Of a stretch of DNA of 35,741 nt, positions 1 to 9,376 are shown one piece after another. The stretch covers positions 1-35,741 of the forward strand of contig JBGANF010000085.1 of the NCBI GenBank assembly GCA_044222475.1. Reading direction: 5' to 3'. Source of the DNA: Polyangiaceae bacterium. Its GTDB lineage: Bacteria > Myxococcota_A > Polyangia > Polyangiales > Polyangiaceae. The notes below the pieces were generated by a model. It was given only the letters and a program-made list of their open reading frames with translations, ran no database searches and had not been told where the DNA came from. The position numbers and the translations under genes are program-made. Within the stretch, counting starts at the first letter, position 1, and every line of letters begins with the position of its first letter.

Positions 1-33
1 GGAGGGGACGCGCCGTCCGAAGCCTGCGCCAGC

Positions 34-1560
34 TCAGGCCAGCGTCTTTGGACGCGTCGAGGTGCGACGACGGCGCGCGATCACGAGCGCAGCGAACGCG
101 AGACCGAGGAGCGCTCCGTCGGCGCGCGCGTGCGAGCCGCTCGCGTTGCACCCTTCGTCGACGGACGGCGCCGGGGGAACGCCGGCGTCGCTGGTGGGCG
201 TCGTGCCTGCGTCGCCAGCGGGCGGGGGAGGCGTCCCACCGTCGGGGGGGGCGGGGAGCTTGTGGCAGATGTCGGCCGTGCCGACCGGCTGCACTTCGCA
301 CTTCTCCGGCGCGTCGCACACGTCGACTTGAACTTTGTCGTTCACGCAACGGAACGCCTTCGAGTTGTCGTAACTGCAGTTCCACAGGGTGTAGACGTCG
401 TTGCACTTCGCCGAGCCGCCGATGCGCGGCATGTAGCTCGCCCACTCCCACACGCCGGGATCGGTGTGGTGGTTCGAACCGCCGTACGACGTGTTGCTCT
501 GGCACTGCTTCGGCGAGTCCATGCACGGCGCCGAGCTCGACGCGATCTTGTTCCCGTTGGGGATCGCTTCGTGGCCGATGATGTGCCCGCGGTCGGCGGG
601 GACGTTGTACTTCTTCGTCAGGTACGTGACGAGCTTCGCGCTCGCGGCGTACTCCGCCTCGGTGTAGGGCTTCGTGGAGTAGCCGACGTGCTCGATGCCG
701 ACCGAGCGCTGGTTGTAATAGTAGTTTCCGGCGTGCCACGCCGTGTACGACTCGGGCACGAACTGACCGACGCGGCCGTCGGTGCCGACGATGTACTGGA
801 CGCTCTTGCCGGGATCGTTCTGGAGCGTGGCCACGCTGCCGGCCCATCCGCCTTCGGTGTCGTGGATGACGATGTAGCCGACCTTGGCGCCGCCGCGATC
901 GGTGTCGCACTTGTTGGTGCAGCTCGTCTGGAACCACTCTGCGCCTTGGTACTCGGGGCTGCCGAGGGTGTGGAGGCTCGTGTCGATCGTGAAGAGCAGC
1001 GACGGCGGGACGTCGTGCGGAGCGATGGTGAGCTTCTCGCCGTCGCGTCCCTCGAAGGTACCGCCGTGGGCGAGCACCGCGAACACTTGGTGCGCGTAGT
1101 CGACGCGGTGCGCGTCGTCGGCGAAGCCGCCGAGCTCTTCGAGCGCGGGCTCCCACGAGGCGAGGGTTGCATCGGCGCCCATCGTCTTGCCGAGCTCGGC
1201 GACGACGCGCGCGCCCGCCTCGAGGCCGAGGTCGGAGTTGCGGCGGAGCTCGAGCTCGCTCGTGCCGGTGAGCGCGGCGCCGCGGGCGAGCGAGTCGAAG
1301 CGGCCGCGGCGGAGCATGAGCGGGCCGGCGGCGGGGACCTCGTTGTCGGGCTCGACGTCGCGGGTGGCGGGGAGGGTGAGGCCTTCCTCGACCACGGCGA
1401 TGGCGACGAGGAGGTCGCGGGGGACGTCGTTCCTGGCGGCGCTCTTCGCGAATGCGTCACCGAGCGGGCCGGAGGCGGCCTCGGTCGGGGCGGGACCGCC
1501 CGCCGACCCACAGGCGAGAGCGAGGAGCGGCAGGAGGGCGAGCGCGGAGCGGAGCTTCAC
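34..1560 (-). CDS. N-acetylmuramoyl-L-alanine amidase (Amidase_2) lipoprotein with N-terminal lysozyme/SLT-like region and C-terminal MYXO-CTERM-like tail
   Basis: GTG start at 1560 gives a signal peptide with lipobox (LLALAC). Amidase motifs are IVIHDTEG, AWHAG, SVGIEH, IIGHE and HTDPG. The C-terminus reads GC...hydrophobic helix...RRRR. The track ORF's extension to 2253 overlaps the regulator gene in another frame and is not credible. Confidence 0.88.
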   Translation of the reverse strand: MKLRSALALLPLLALACGSAGGPAPTEAASGPLGDAFAKSAARNDVPRDLLVAIAVVEEGLTLPATRDVEPDNEVPAAGPLMLRRGRFDSLARGAALTGTSELELRRNSDLGLEAGARVVAELGKTMGADATLASWEPALEELGGFADDAHRVDYAHQVFAVLAHGGTFEGRDGEKLTIAPHDVPPSLLFTIDTSLHTLGSPEYQGAEWFQTSCTNKCDTDRGGAKVGYIVIHDTEGGWAGSVATLQNDPGKSVQYIVGTDGRVGQFVPESYTAWHAGNYYYNQRSVGIEHVGYSTKPYTEAEYAASAKLVTYLTKKYNVPADRGHIIGHEAIPNGNKIASSSAPCMDSPKQCQSNTSYGGSNHHTDPGVWEWASYMPRIGGSAKCNDVYTLWNCSYDNSKAFRCVNDKVQVDVCDAPEKCEVQPVGTADICHKLPAPPDGGTPPPPAGDAGTTPTSDAGVPPAPSVDEGCNASGSHARADGALLGLAFAALVIARRRRTSTRPKTLA

Positions 1561-1573
1561 GGGAGCCTCACAT

Positions 1574-1589
1574 AGCACTACCCGTACCA
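1574..1589 (-). promoter_or_regulatory. candidate sigma-54 (-24/-12) promoter for the amidase gene
   Basis: Minus strand reads TGGTACG-GGTA-GTGCT, with exact GG-N10-GC spacing. It lies just downstream of a sigma-54 activator gene. Confidence 0.5.
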
Positions 1590-1736
1590 ACGCGCCGGCT
1601 CGGTGTTTCCGGGGCTTCCTCAGGCGCGACAGCGGTGGTTCGCGAGGGTTCCGCGAGGGCTCACGATGAGCCGGTCCGCTCCATCCCTGGACAGCCTGGT
1701 AGGAGTTTTGCCCACACGGATCGCCTACGATCCAGA

Positions 1737-3113
1737 TCAGGCCTCTTCGTCGTCCTTGTCCCCGCGGAGGCCCAGGCTGCGCGCCTTCTTGTAGAGGTGG
1801 CTCCGCTCGAGATCGAGCGCCCGAGCCGCCTTGGCCATCTGGCCCCCGTAGTGGGTGATCGCCTCCTTCAAGATCGCGCGCTCCGCCTCTTCGACCAAGA
1901 CTCGAAACGGGACCCCTGGCCGGAAGAGGCCCTCGGCTTTGCGGTCTGCCCCTCCTGGGAGGCAGCTCTGGACGTCGGCCTCGCCGATCGTTTCGTCGGC
2001 GGTGAGGATGACGAGCCGCTCGATCAGGTTGCGGAGCTCGCGCACGTTGCCGGGAAAGCTGTAGGCGGCGAGCACCGCGATCGCGCCGTCCGAGAGCTTC
2101 ATGTCGCGCCGGTCGTTGGCGCGCGCGGCGACGTCGAGGAAGTGCCTCGCGAGGAGCGGGATGTCCTCGCGGCGCGCGCGTAGCGGAGGGATGTGCAGCG
2201 GGACCACGTTCAGCCGATCGTAGAGGTCGGCGCGAAACTCGCCCTTCTCGCACGCGGCGAGGAGATCCTTGTTCGTCGCGGCGACCACGCGCGCGTCGAC
2301 CTTGAACGTCTCGCTCCCGCCGACGCGCTCGATCTCCCGCTCTTGAAGCACACGCAACAGCTTCGCTTGCGCGGCGAGCGGCATGTCACCGACCTCGTCG
2401 AGGAACAGCGTTCCGCCGCTCGCGCGCTCGAACTTGCCGCGTCGTTGCTTGGTCGCTCCGGTGAACGCGCCCGCCTCGTGCCCGAAGAGCTCGCTCTCGA
2501 TGAGCTCGCTCGGGAGCGCGGCGCAGTTCAGCTTCTCGAGCGGGCCTTTCGCGCGCGGCGAGAGCTGATGAATCGCCCGGGCGACCAGCTCCTTGCCGGT
2601 CCCGCGCTCACCGGTGACGAGCACGCTCGCCGCGCTCTTCGCCGCGCGAGCGATCTGCTCGAGCAGCCTCTTGACCGGCGCGCTGTCTCCGACGAGGTCG
2701 CTGCCGCCGGCTTGCGCGCGCAGCGCCTTCGCTTCGGCCTCGGCGCGGTCGAGACGGAGCGCCGTCTCGACGTTGATGAGCAGCGCGTCGGTGTTGAGCG
2801 GCTTCTCGAGGAAGTTGAGCGCACCGAGCCTCGTCGCTTGCACCGCGGTGTCGATCGTCCCGTGCCCGCTCATCATGATGACCGGGGTATCCACCTTGGC
2901 GGCGCGCAGGTTCTTGAGCAGCATCAACCCGTCACCGTCGGGCAGCGACACGTCGAAGAGGCAGAGGTCGTAGCTTCGCTTCTTGAGCTTCTCCTCCGCG
3001 ACCTTGACGCCGCCGGCGACGTCGACGCTGTAGCCCTCGAGCGTCAGCGCCTTCTGGAGCGTGGTCAGGATGGCGGGCTCGTCATCGACGACGAGGAGGT
3101 GAGCGCGGCCCAT
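1737..3113 (-). CDS. sigma-54-dependent response regulator (NtrC/NtrX family: receiver-AAA+-Fis HTH)
   Basis: Receiver LLVVDDE...[11 protein letters not shown]...FLEKP, Walker [24 protein letters not shown], Walker [17 protein letters not shown] and [14 protein letters not shown] start at 3113. Confidence 0.95.
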   Translation of the reverse strand: MGRAHLLVVDDEPAILTTLQKALTLEGYSVDVAGGVKVAEEKLKKRSYDLCLFDVSLPDGDGLMLLKNLRAAKVDTPVIMMSGHGTIDTAVQATRLGALNFLEKPLNTDALLINVETALRLDRAEAEAKALRAQAGGSDLVGDSAPVKRLLEQIARAAKSAASVLVTGERGTGKELVARAIHQLSPRAKGPLEKLNCAALPSELIESELFGHEAGAFTGATKQRRGKFERASGGTLFLDEVGDMPLAAQAKLLRVLQEREIERVGGSETFKVDARVVAATNKDLLAACEKGEFRADLYDRLNVVPLHIPPLRARREDIPLLARHFLDVAARANDRRDMKLSDGAIAVLAAYSFPGNVRELRNLIERLVILTADETIGEADVQSCLPGGADRKAEGLFRPGVPFRVLVEEAERAILKEAITHYGGQMAKAARALDLERSHLYKKARSLGLRGDKDDEEA

Positions 3114-3257
3114 GGCTCGCACTACAGCACAAGCCAGCGCTCCTGGCCGCCGTGAAACACGGGTCGAACCGGGTCCATTCCCGCCGCCGAATAACGGCGA
3201 AATTCCGCCTCGGCCCCAAGCAAGGCCCACGGCGAGTGTAGTAGAGTCCATCCGCTC

Positions 3258-5444
3258 ATGCGCTTTCGCCGCTCGCTTCTCGCCGCGCTCATCCCGCTCG
3301 CCGTCTTCGCATGCAGCCCGGGCGCGAGCGGTCGTGGTACGTCGCACCCCGTCAACGAAGCGCAGACCGCGGCGTTCCGCAGCGTCACCGACGAAGGCTT
3401 CCCGGACGCCGTGCACGACCTGCTTCTCGCCGAGCCGCGCACCGCCGAGCGCGACGCGCGCCTCGCCGGCGTGCTCGATCGTCAGATGACGCGCGCGCAG
3501 GCGCTCTACAAACGCCGCGCGAACGACCGCGCGACCACGCTCGTCACCGGCGGTCTGTACCTCGTGCGTTCGGGCGACCTGAAGAAGGAGACCCTGGGTA
3601 CCTCCGGCAAGGACGCGCTCACGCTCGCGGCGAAGGAGCTCGCGGGGCAGGGTGACGAAGGTCGCTCGCGCGCCGTCTACGAGCTGCTCGCTCGCATCGC
3701 TCCCGACGCGGAGCAGCCCGACATCAAGTTCCACCTCGATGCGCTCACCCGTTGGCAGAAAGACACCGTCGGCCAGGACGCGTCGATCGGCGGCGCGGGC
3801 GACGCGCAAGCCCAGGCCACGGCGCGCCGGCTCCTCGAGCCGTCGAACGAGGCGCTCGAAGGCGCGGCCGCCGCCGTCATCGCGTGGCTCGAGCGAGCGC
3901 GCGAGGCCGCGACGTCGCGCAACCGCCAAGCCATCTCGCAGTACGAGCGCGCCCAAGCCGTGAGGGCGCTGCAGTCGGGCGGGAGCACGCTCATCGCCCT
4001 CTACCTTCGCGACGCGGATGCCGCCGGCGCGATCGCCGCGGTCGATCGAGCGGAGATTCGTCCGATCGTTCCGGCGCGGCTGTACTCCGCCGTCTCGGCA
4101 GCGGCCGACAAACCGACCGGCGAGCACTGGATCGCCGTGCTCGGCGCGCTGTTCCCGAAATCGGGGTCCGACGACGACGACGACGATGCCGCGCTCACCG
4201 GCGACGTGCTCCGCGCGACCGCGTTCAACGTCGCCGTCGAAGCGTACCGGCTGGACCCGACGCGCATCGAAGCGGCGGCCACCGTCGCCGAGGGTCTCCA
4301 GATCTTCGGCATGGGCGACGCCAGCCCGGCGATCCTCGTCGATGCGTGTCGCGCTCACCCCGACGGCACGACGCTGTCGTTCGCGCTCCAGACGACGGTC
4401 CGCGCGATCGAAGGCGCCGAGCAAGACGACGACGTCGACGGCGCGCGTCGCGCGTTCAAGGCTGCGGCGCCCATCCTCGAGCTCGCGCGAAAGAGCAAGG
4501 ACACCCTCAAGCCCACGCCAGCACACGTGCTCGCGATGATGGGCGACATCGAGCTCCGTGAAGGCCAGCTCGACGCGGCGCGCGCGCTACTCAAGGAAGC
4601 GACCGCCTCGAGCGGCGAGCCGCGCGCGCTCCTCGATCTCGCCCGCGTCGAGCTCCACGACGGCGATGCTGCGGGGGCCAAGGCTCTCCTCAAGGCGGCG
4701 CTCGCCTTCCCCGAGTCGCGCGACCCGGCGTTCCGGACCGAGCTGCTCCTCGGTTTGGCCGACGCGGATCCGACCGCCGCGAACACCTACCTCGACGAAG
4801 CCCTCAAGCTCACCCTGGCCGCGCGCACCGTGCCCGACGCTGGGAAGAAGGCGCGCGCCGAGCGGGCGCTCGGTCGCGTCCTCGAGCGCTACGGTCAGGA
4901 CGCCGCCGCCGATCGCGCCCTCGCGCGCGCTACCGACGCGGCACCGCGCGACCGCGCGCAGCTCGCGACGACGCTGGGCATCGTCGTGGGGCGGGCGTTC
5001 GTCCGGAACGATCTCGCTGCTGCGCGGGCTGGCCTCGCTCGCGCCGTCTCGGGCGAGCTCGATGACGAGGACGTCGTCTACTACGCGCTCTGGGTGCGCG
5101 CGCTCGAGAAGCTGGGCAAGGTCAAAGGCGACGGCGCACCCGAGCGGGTGTTCGCCCACATCGACGACGATGGCGGCTGGGCGGCGAAGCTCGCCGCGTT
5201 CGCGCTCGGCAAGATCAACGACAGCGCGTTGCTCGCCGCGGCGACGAGCCCGGCAAAGAAGATGGAGGCGACCTTCTACGTCGCGCTCGAGAAGCGCGCC
5301 GCCGGCGACAAAGCCGGGAGCGATGCGCTCCTTGCCGAGGTCGCCAAAGGCCCGGCGATCGATCTCCTCGAGACGCAATACGCCCAAGCCCTGCTGAAGC
5401 CGCGAACGCCGGTGGCGCTTCCGCCCGGCGTCACGATCCCGTGA
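3258..5444 (+). CDS. alpha-helical TPR-repeat lipoprotein with NlpI-like C-terminal region
   Basis: Lipobox LAVFAC and Ala/Leu-rich TPR-like helices. The C-terminal YYALW...W..KLAAFALGKI...EATFYVAL...GD...LLETQYA resembles the NlpI C-terminus. Its stop overlaps the next start (GTGA). Confidence 0.7.
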   Translation: MRFRRSLLAALIPLAVFACSPGASGRGTSHPVNEAQTAAFRSVTDEGFPDAVHDLLLAEPRTAERDARLAGVLDRQMTRAQALYKRRANDRATTLVTGGLYLVRSGDLKKETLGTSGKDALTLAAKELAGQGDEGRSRAVYELLARIAPDAEQPDIKFHLDALTRWQKDTVGQDASIGGAGDAQAQATARRLLEPSNEALEGAAAAVIAWLERAREAATSRNRQAISQYERAQAVRALQSGGSTLIALYLRDADAAGAIAAVDRAEIRPIVPARLYSAVSAAADKPTGEHWIAVLGALFPKSGSDDDDDDAALTGDVLRATAFNVAVEAYRLDPTRIEAAATVAEGLQIFGMGDASPAILVDACRAHPDGTTLSFALQTTVRAIEGAEQDDDVDGARRAFKAAAPILELARKSKDTLKPTPAHVLAMMGDIELREGQLDAARALLKEATASSGEPRALLDLARVELHDGDAAGAKALLKAALAFPESRDPAFRTELLLGLADADPTAANTYLDEALKLTLAARTVPDAGKKARAERALGRVLERYGQDAAADRALARATDAAPRDRAQLATTLGIVVGRAFVRNDLAAARAGLARAVSGELDDEDVVYYALWVRALEKLGKVKGDGAPERVFAHIDDDGGWAAKLAAFALGKINDSALLAAATSPAKKMEATFYVALEKRAAGDKAGSDALLAEVAKGPAIDLLETQYAQALLKPRTPVALPPGVTIP

Positions 5445-6364
5445 GCGACGCGGCCCGCAACGCGATCGCGACCCGCGTCGGCGGGCTCGACTGGGGAGCG
5501 CTCGCGCCTCTGCGCATTCGCTCGCGGCTCGTCGCGGAGGGGCTCTATGCGGGCGCGCACCGCAGCGTGCGTCGCGGCGCGGGCGTCGAGTTCGGTGGCT
5601 ATCGCGAGTACCTGCCCGGTGACGACCTGCGCTTCCTCGATCGGCGCGCGCTCTTGCGTCACGACCGCCTGCTCGTGCGCCAGTTCGAGACCGAGACGGA
5701 GCGCGCGCTCCGCATCGTCGTCGACGCGACGGCGTCGATGAGCTACCGCGGCAAGCGCGCGCCGGCGGCGAAGGCGGCGGTGGCGGCCGTGCTCGCTGCG
5801 GCCCTCGCGCGAGTCGTCGTGCTCGGTGGCGATCCCGTCGGTCTCTCGTACATCGGCGGCGACGTCGCGCGCCCGGTGCGGGTCGGCGGTGGACGTGAGG
5901 TGACGGAGCGCATCCTCGGCTCGCTCGAGGAGCTCGCCCCCGGCGGCGACGCGACGAAGGACGGATCGGCGATGCTCGATCGCGCGCTCGGCCCGCTGGC
6001 GCGCGCGGCGCGAAGGGGGAGCGTCGTGGTGCTCTTCAGCGATCTCCTCGATCTGCCGGACGAAGCGGCGGAGCGCGTCGCGTCGATCGGTCTTCGCGGT
6101 CGTGCCGTCGTCGTCGTCCAGCTCCTCGACCCCGACGAAGAGGACCTTCCATTCGACGGCACCGTGCGACTGCGCGTACTCGAAGGGGGATACGTCGTCG
6201 AGACCGACGTCGACACGACGCGCGGTCAGTACCTCGACGCCCTGGCGGATCTGAGGCGCCGATGGTCCGACGTGATGCTCGCTCGAGGTGGAAGGTTCGT
6301 GCGGGCGACCACCAACGAGGATCCCGTCGCGATCCTCCGACGGACGGTCGAAGCGATCCGCTAG
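5441..6364 (+). CDS. DUF58 domain-containing protein (MoxR-associated, vWA-like)
   Basis: Motifs GAHRSVRRGAGVEFGGYREYLPGDDLRFLD, VRQFETE, VVDATASMSY, VVLFSD and DPDEE. Confidence 0.92.
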   Translation: MSDAARNAIATRVGGLDWGALAPLRIRSRLVAEGLYAGAHRSVRRGAGVEFGGYREYLPGDDLRFLDRRALLRHDRLLVRQFETETERALRIVVDATASMSYRGKRAPAAKAAVAAVLAAALARVVVLGGDPVGLSYIGGDVARPVRVGGGREVTERILGSLEELAPGGDATKDGSAMLDRALGPLARAARRGSVVVLFSDLLDLPDEAAERVASIGLRGRAVVVVQLLDPDEEDLPFDGTVRLRVLEGGYVVETDVDTTRGQYLDALADLRRRWSDVMLARGGRFVRATTNEDPVAILRRTVEAIR

Positions 6365-6368
6365 AGCG

Positions 6369-6698
6369 CTAGCGCTTGGTTCGCACGGCGAGGGCGATCG
6401 TCGTGACGGCGCCGCCGCCGAAGAGCACGGTGACGACGCCGGTGACGACCAAGCGGCGCAACGCGCCGGCCTTGATCTGGTCGGCGAGCGCGGCGCTCCC
6501 GTGCAGGCGACTGACGAGGGCCTCTGCCGCGGCGTATTGGAGCCCGCTGCGGAAGCAGAGGAGCGCTGCGACCAGCGCGACGACCGAGAGGATCGCTCCG
6601 ACGACGACGAGCGTGACGCGGCTGGTGTCGTCCCAGAACCCCGGGACTCGCGGCCGGGGGTAGACCGGGGGAGGCGGGGCGGGGGGAAAGCCGTACAT
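6369..6698 (-). CDS. small membrane protein (Pro-rich N-terminus, two TM helices)
   Basis: Fills the gap between the DUF58 and GAF genes and has two hydrophobic stretches. Start is ATG 6698 (alternative TTG 6707). Confidence 0.6.
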   Translation of the reverse strand: MYGFPPAPPPPVYPRPRVPGFWDDTSRVTLVVVGAILSVVALVAALLCFRSGLQYAAAEALVSRLHGSAALADQIKAGALRRLVVTGVVTVLFGGGAVTTIALAVRTKR

Positions 6699-6764
6699 CT
6701 CCGCCAAATACGCGTTCGCCGCCTCGATCTCCCCCTGGACGCGGTGCTACCTTCCGCGCGCTTG

Positions 6765-7277
6765 ATGCTCGAGCCGCTCCCCCTATCCTCCGACGACGGC
6801 GCGCGCGCCCAACGCTACGCCGAGGTGCTCGCCCAAGTTCGCTCGATCCTCGAGGACCAGCACGACTGGGTCGCCGCGATGGCGACCGTCGTCTGCGAGC
6901 TCCACGGCGCGTTCGAGTACTACGACTGGACTGGGTTCTACCGCGCCGTCTCGAGCGACCTGCTCCTCATCGGCCCGTACCAGGGGGGCCACGGCTGTCT
7001 GTCGATCCCGTTCTCGCGGGGCGTGTGCGGTGCGGCGGCGCGGGCGCGAGCCACCCAGCTCGTGCCCGACGTCGATGCGTTCCCCGATCACATCGCCTGC
7101 TCGACGTCCACGCGCTCGGAGCTCGTCGTCCCGGTGCTGACGCCGACGAACCGACTCCTCGCGGTGATCGACGTCGACTCCGACGCGCCAGCCGCGTTCA
7201 CCGAGGCCGACGCGCGCGGCGTGGAGGCGATCGCAGCCGAGCTCGGTCGCCGCTTCGCCGAGGTCGAGCGAACGTGA
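6765..7277 (+). CDS. msrC: GAF-domain free methionine-(R)-sulfoxide reductase (fRMsr/YebR family)
   Basis: Motifs WTGFY, IGPYQGGHGC, IPFSRGVCG, VPDVDAFPDHIAC, SELVVP and VIDVDS, with all three conserved Cys present. Alternative start TTG 6762. Confidence 0.85.
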   Translation: MLEPLPLSSDDGARAQRYAEVLAQVRSILEDQHDWVAAMATVVCELHGAFEYYDWTGFYRAVSSDLLLIGPYQGGHGCLSIPFSRGVCGAAARARATQLVPDVDAFPDHIACSTSTRSELVVPVLTPTNRLLAVIDVDSDAPAAFTEADARGVEAIAAELGRRFAEVERT

Positions 7278-9328
7278 CGTTCGTCACCGCCCTCGCGCTC
7301 GCGATCGCCGGTCTCGTCGCGCTTCCGTTCGTCGCCCACCGGCTCCGGCGCAAGCGAGCGGACGAACAGCCGTTCGCTGGTGCGCACCTCGTACCTCCGG
7401 CGCCCCCGCGTGCGCGCAGCCGCGCTCGGCTGGAGGAGCGGGCGCTCTTCGGCCTTCGTTCGCTCGCGGTGATCGCGCTCGCGATTCTCGGCGCGTCGCC
7501 TCTCGTGCGATGCTCGCGCCTGTCGCTTCAGCGCTCCTCGGGCGCGTCGATGGCGCTCGCGATCGTGATCGACGACTCGATGAGCATGCGCGCGCCGTAC
7601 AAAGGCACGACGTCGCGCTTCGACCGCGCGAAGGAAGCCGCGAGCGAGCTCATCGCCGGCGGGCGCGAGGGCGACGCCGTCGCGATCGTCCTCGCGGGAT
7701 CGCCGCCGCGAGTCGCGCTGGCGGCGACGACCGACCTCGGCGCCGCGCAGGCGGTCGTCGATGGCCTGGTCCCGAGCGATCGCGCGACCGACCTCGACGG
7801 CGCGCTGCGGTTGGGCGAAGGGCTCGTCGGTGAGCTCCCCCAGATCGATCGCCGGGTGGTCCTGCTGAGCGACCTCGCCGATGGTCACGTCGACGAGGCT
7901 GCGCTCGGAGACACCGCGAGCCTTCCGCTGTGGAACGCGCTCCCCGATCTCGCCGGGGACGCGGCGGATTGCGCGGTCTTCTCCGCCGACGACGTCGGCG
8001 GTCGGGTGCGCGTCGACGTTCGGTGTAATCTGCAAGGAAAGGTCGACGGCCGATCGGTCGTCGTGTCGACGAAGGACGGCTCGGCGACGAAGGAGCTCGG
8101 GCGAAGCCCGGCCGCCGCCGTCGGACCGACGTGGGTTCCGCTGCCGAAGGACGCTCCGACGGGCGTGCTCGTCGCCTCGCTCACCGGGACGGACTCGGTC
8201 GCGAGCGACGACTCGGCGCCGGTGCTCGTCGAGAGCGGCCCGGGGAGCCTCGCGATCGTCGTGGACACCGCATCCGAGTCGACGGTGACCGGCGGCGCAC
8301 CCGTTTTGGAGCAGGCGCTCACGGCGCTGCGGATCGAGATGGCGCTGCGTCCGCTTCCGGCGGTCCCCGATCGAAAAGAGGATCTCGCGACGTTCGCGGG
8401 GCTCCTGGTCGACGACGCGCCGGGTCTCACTCCCGAGCAGCGGCGCGCGCTCGGCGCGTACCTCGAGGGCGGCGGCGTCGCGTTGTTCGCGTTCGGCGCT
8501 CGCGCGGCGTCGGCTCCTCTCGGTGCGACGTTCGACCCGGTCCTGGGCCACGGGGTCGCCTACCGGGAGACGACGGCCCGCGGCGCCGATCTCGCCACGT
8601 CGAAGGACGTCTTCGGCGAAGGGACGAAGAGTCTGGAAGATCTGTCCGCGAGTCGACGCGCGGTGCTCGACCCCGCCGACGCAGCGCTCTTCGAGACGCT
8701 CGTTCCGTGGAAGGACGGGTTGCCGATGGTCGCCCGGCGCGCGATCGGTCGGGGAGAGGCGTGGATCGTGACGCTCCCGTTCGCGGTGGACGCGAGTGAC
8801 TTCGTCTTGCGACCGGGTTTCCTCGCGATGCTCGACGCGTTCGTGCTGCGGGCACGCGCCCATTCGAGCGCTCATCGTACCGAAGTGGGACAAGCGTGGA
8901 GCTTCGATCGCGTGAGCTCCGTCGTCGGCCCGGGCGGCCCGGTGGAGACGCGGCGCGAGCAGGGGAGGGTGGTGCTCGTGCCTCCGCTCGTCGGGGCGTA
9001 CACCATCGTCGACGGCGACCGGACCGAGGTGCGGGCGGCTGCACCGGCTGCGCTCGAGCTCGATTTTCGTCCGCGAGCCTTCAAGAGCAAGGCAAGCGAA
9101 GACAAGCTGGGCGAGAGTCACGCCCAGGTCGACATCTCCTCCAAGGTCGCGTTGGCGTTGCTCGCCCTCCTCCTTGCCGAGCTGGTGTTGCGGTTGCGCG
9201 CGCGCGTCGGCGGAGCCGCCGTCGGCGCGGCCAGTGGCGCGGCAGCGGCCGGGGGGCCCAGCGCCGCGCCGGTGCCGCCGTCGTCGCCGCCGCCGCCGCC
9301 GGCAGGGGAAGACCTCGACGCGGCTTGA
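7274..9328 (+). CDS. BatA N-terminal double-TM / vWA domain protein
   Basis: N-terminus LPFVAHRLRRKR...F...LRSLAVIALAILGASP is BatA-like. MIDAS IDDSMSM, TDLDGAL and LLSD are present, followed by a GATase-like middle region and a C-terminal TM. GTG start overlaps the GAF gene stop. Confidence 0.85.
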   Translation: MTFVTALALAIAGLVALPFVAHRLRRKRADEQPFAGAHLVPPAPPRARSRARLEERALFGLRSLAVIALAILGASPLVRCSRLSLQRSSGASMALAIVIDDSMSMRAPYKGTTSRFDRAKEAASELIAGGREGDAVAIVLAGSPPRVALAATTDLGAAQAVVDGLVPSDRATDLDGALRLGEGLVGELPQIDRRVVLLSDLADGHVDEAALGDTASLPLWNALPDLAGDAADCAVFSADDVGGRVRVDVRCNLQGKVDGRSVVVSTKDGSATKELGRSPAAAVGPTWVPLPKDAPTGVLVASLTGTDSVASDDSAPVLVESGPGSLAIVVDTASESTVTGGAPVLEQALTALRIEMALRPLPAVPDRKEDLATFAGLLVDDAPGLTPEQRRALGAYLEGGGVALFAFGARAASAPLGATFDPVLGHGVAYRETTARGADLATSKDVFGEGTKSLEDLSASRRAVLDPADAALFETLVPWKDGLPMVARRAIGRGEAWIVTLPFAVDASDFVLRPGFLAMLDAFVLRARAHSSAHRTEVGQAWSFDRVSSVVGPGGPVETRREQGRVVLVPPLVGAYTIVDGDRTEVRAAAPAALELDFRPRAFKSKASEDKLGESHAQVDISSKVALALLALLLAELVLRLRARVGGAAVGAASGAAAAGGPSAAPVPPSSPPPPPAGEDLDAA

Positions 9329-9376
9329 GAACGGGCGAGCTTCCCTTTCGCGGCGCTTCGCGATACAGCCCATGCC

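Noticed and set aside
3155..3180. GGTTCGA T-loop-like motif on the minus strand (another at about 14872 on the plus strand)
   Set aside because: The flanks do not form a T-stem or cloverleaf, so this is not a tRNA or tRNA remnant.
1561..4526. Apparent long N-terminal extensions on the amidase (to 2253) and the NtrC regulator (to 4526)
   Set aside because: The extensions overlap other well-supported genes. The signal peptide and receiver domain define starts at 1560 and 3113.
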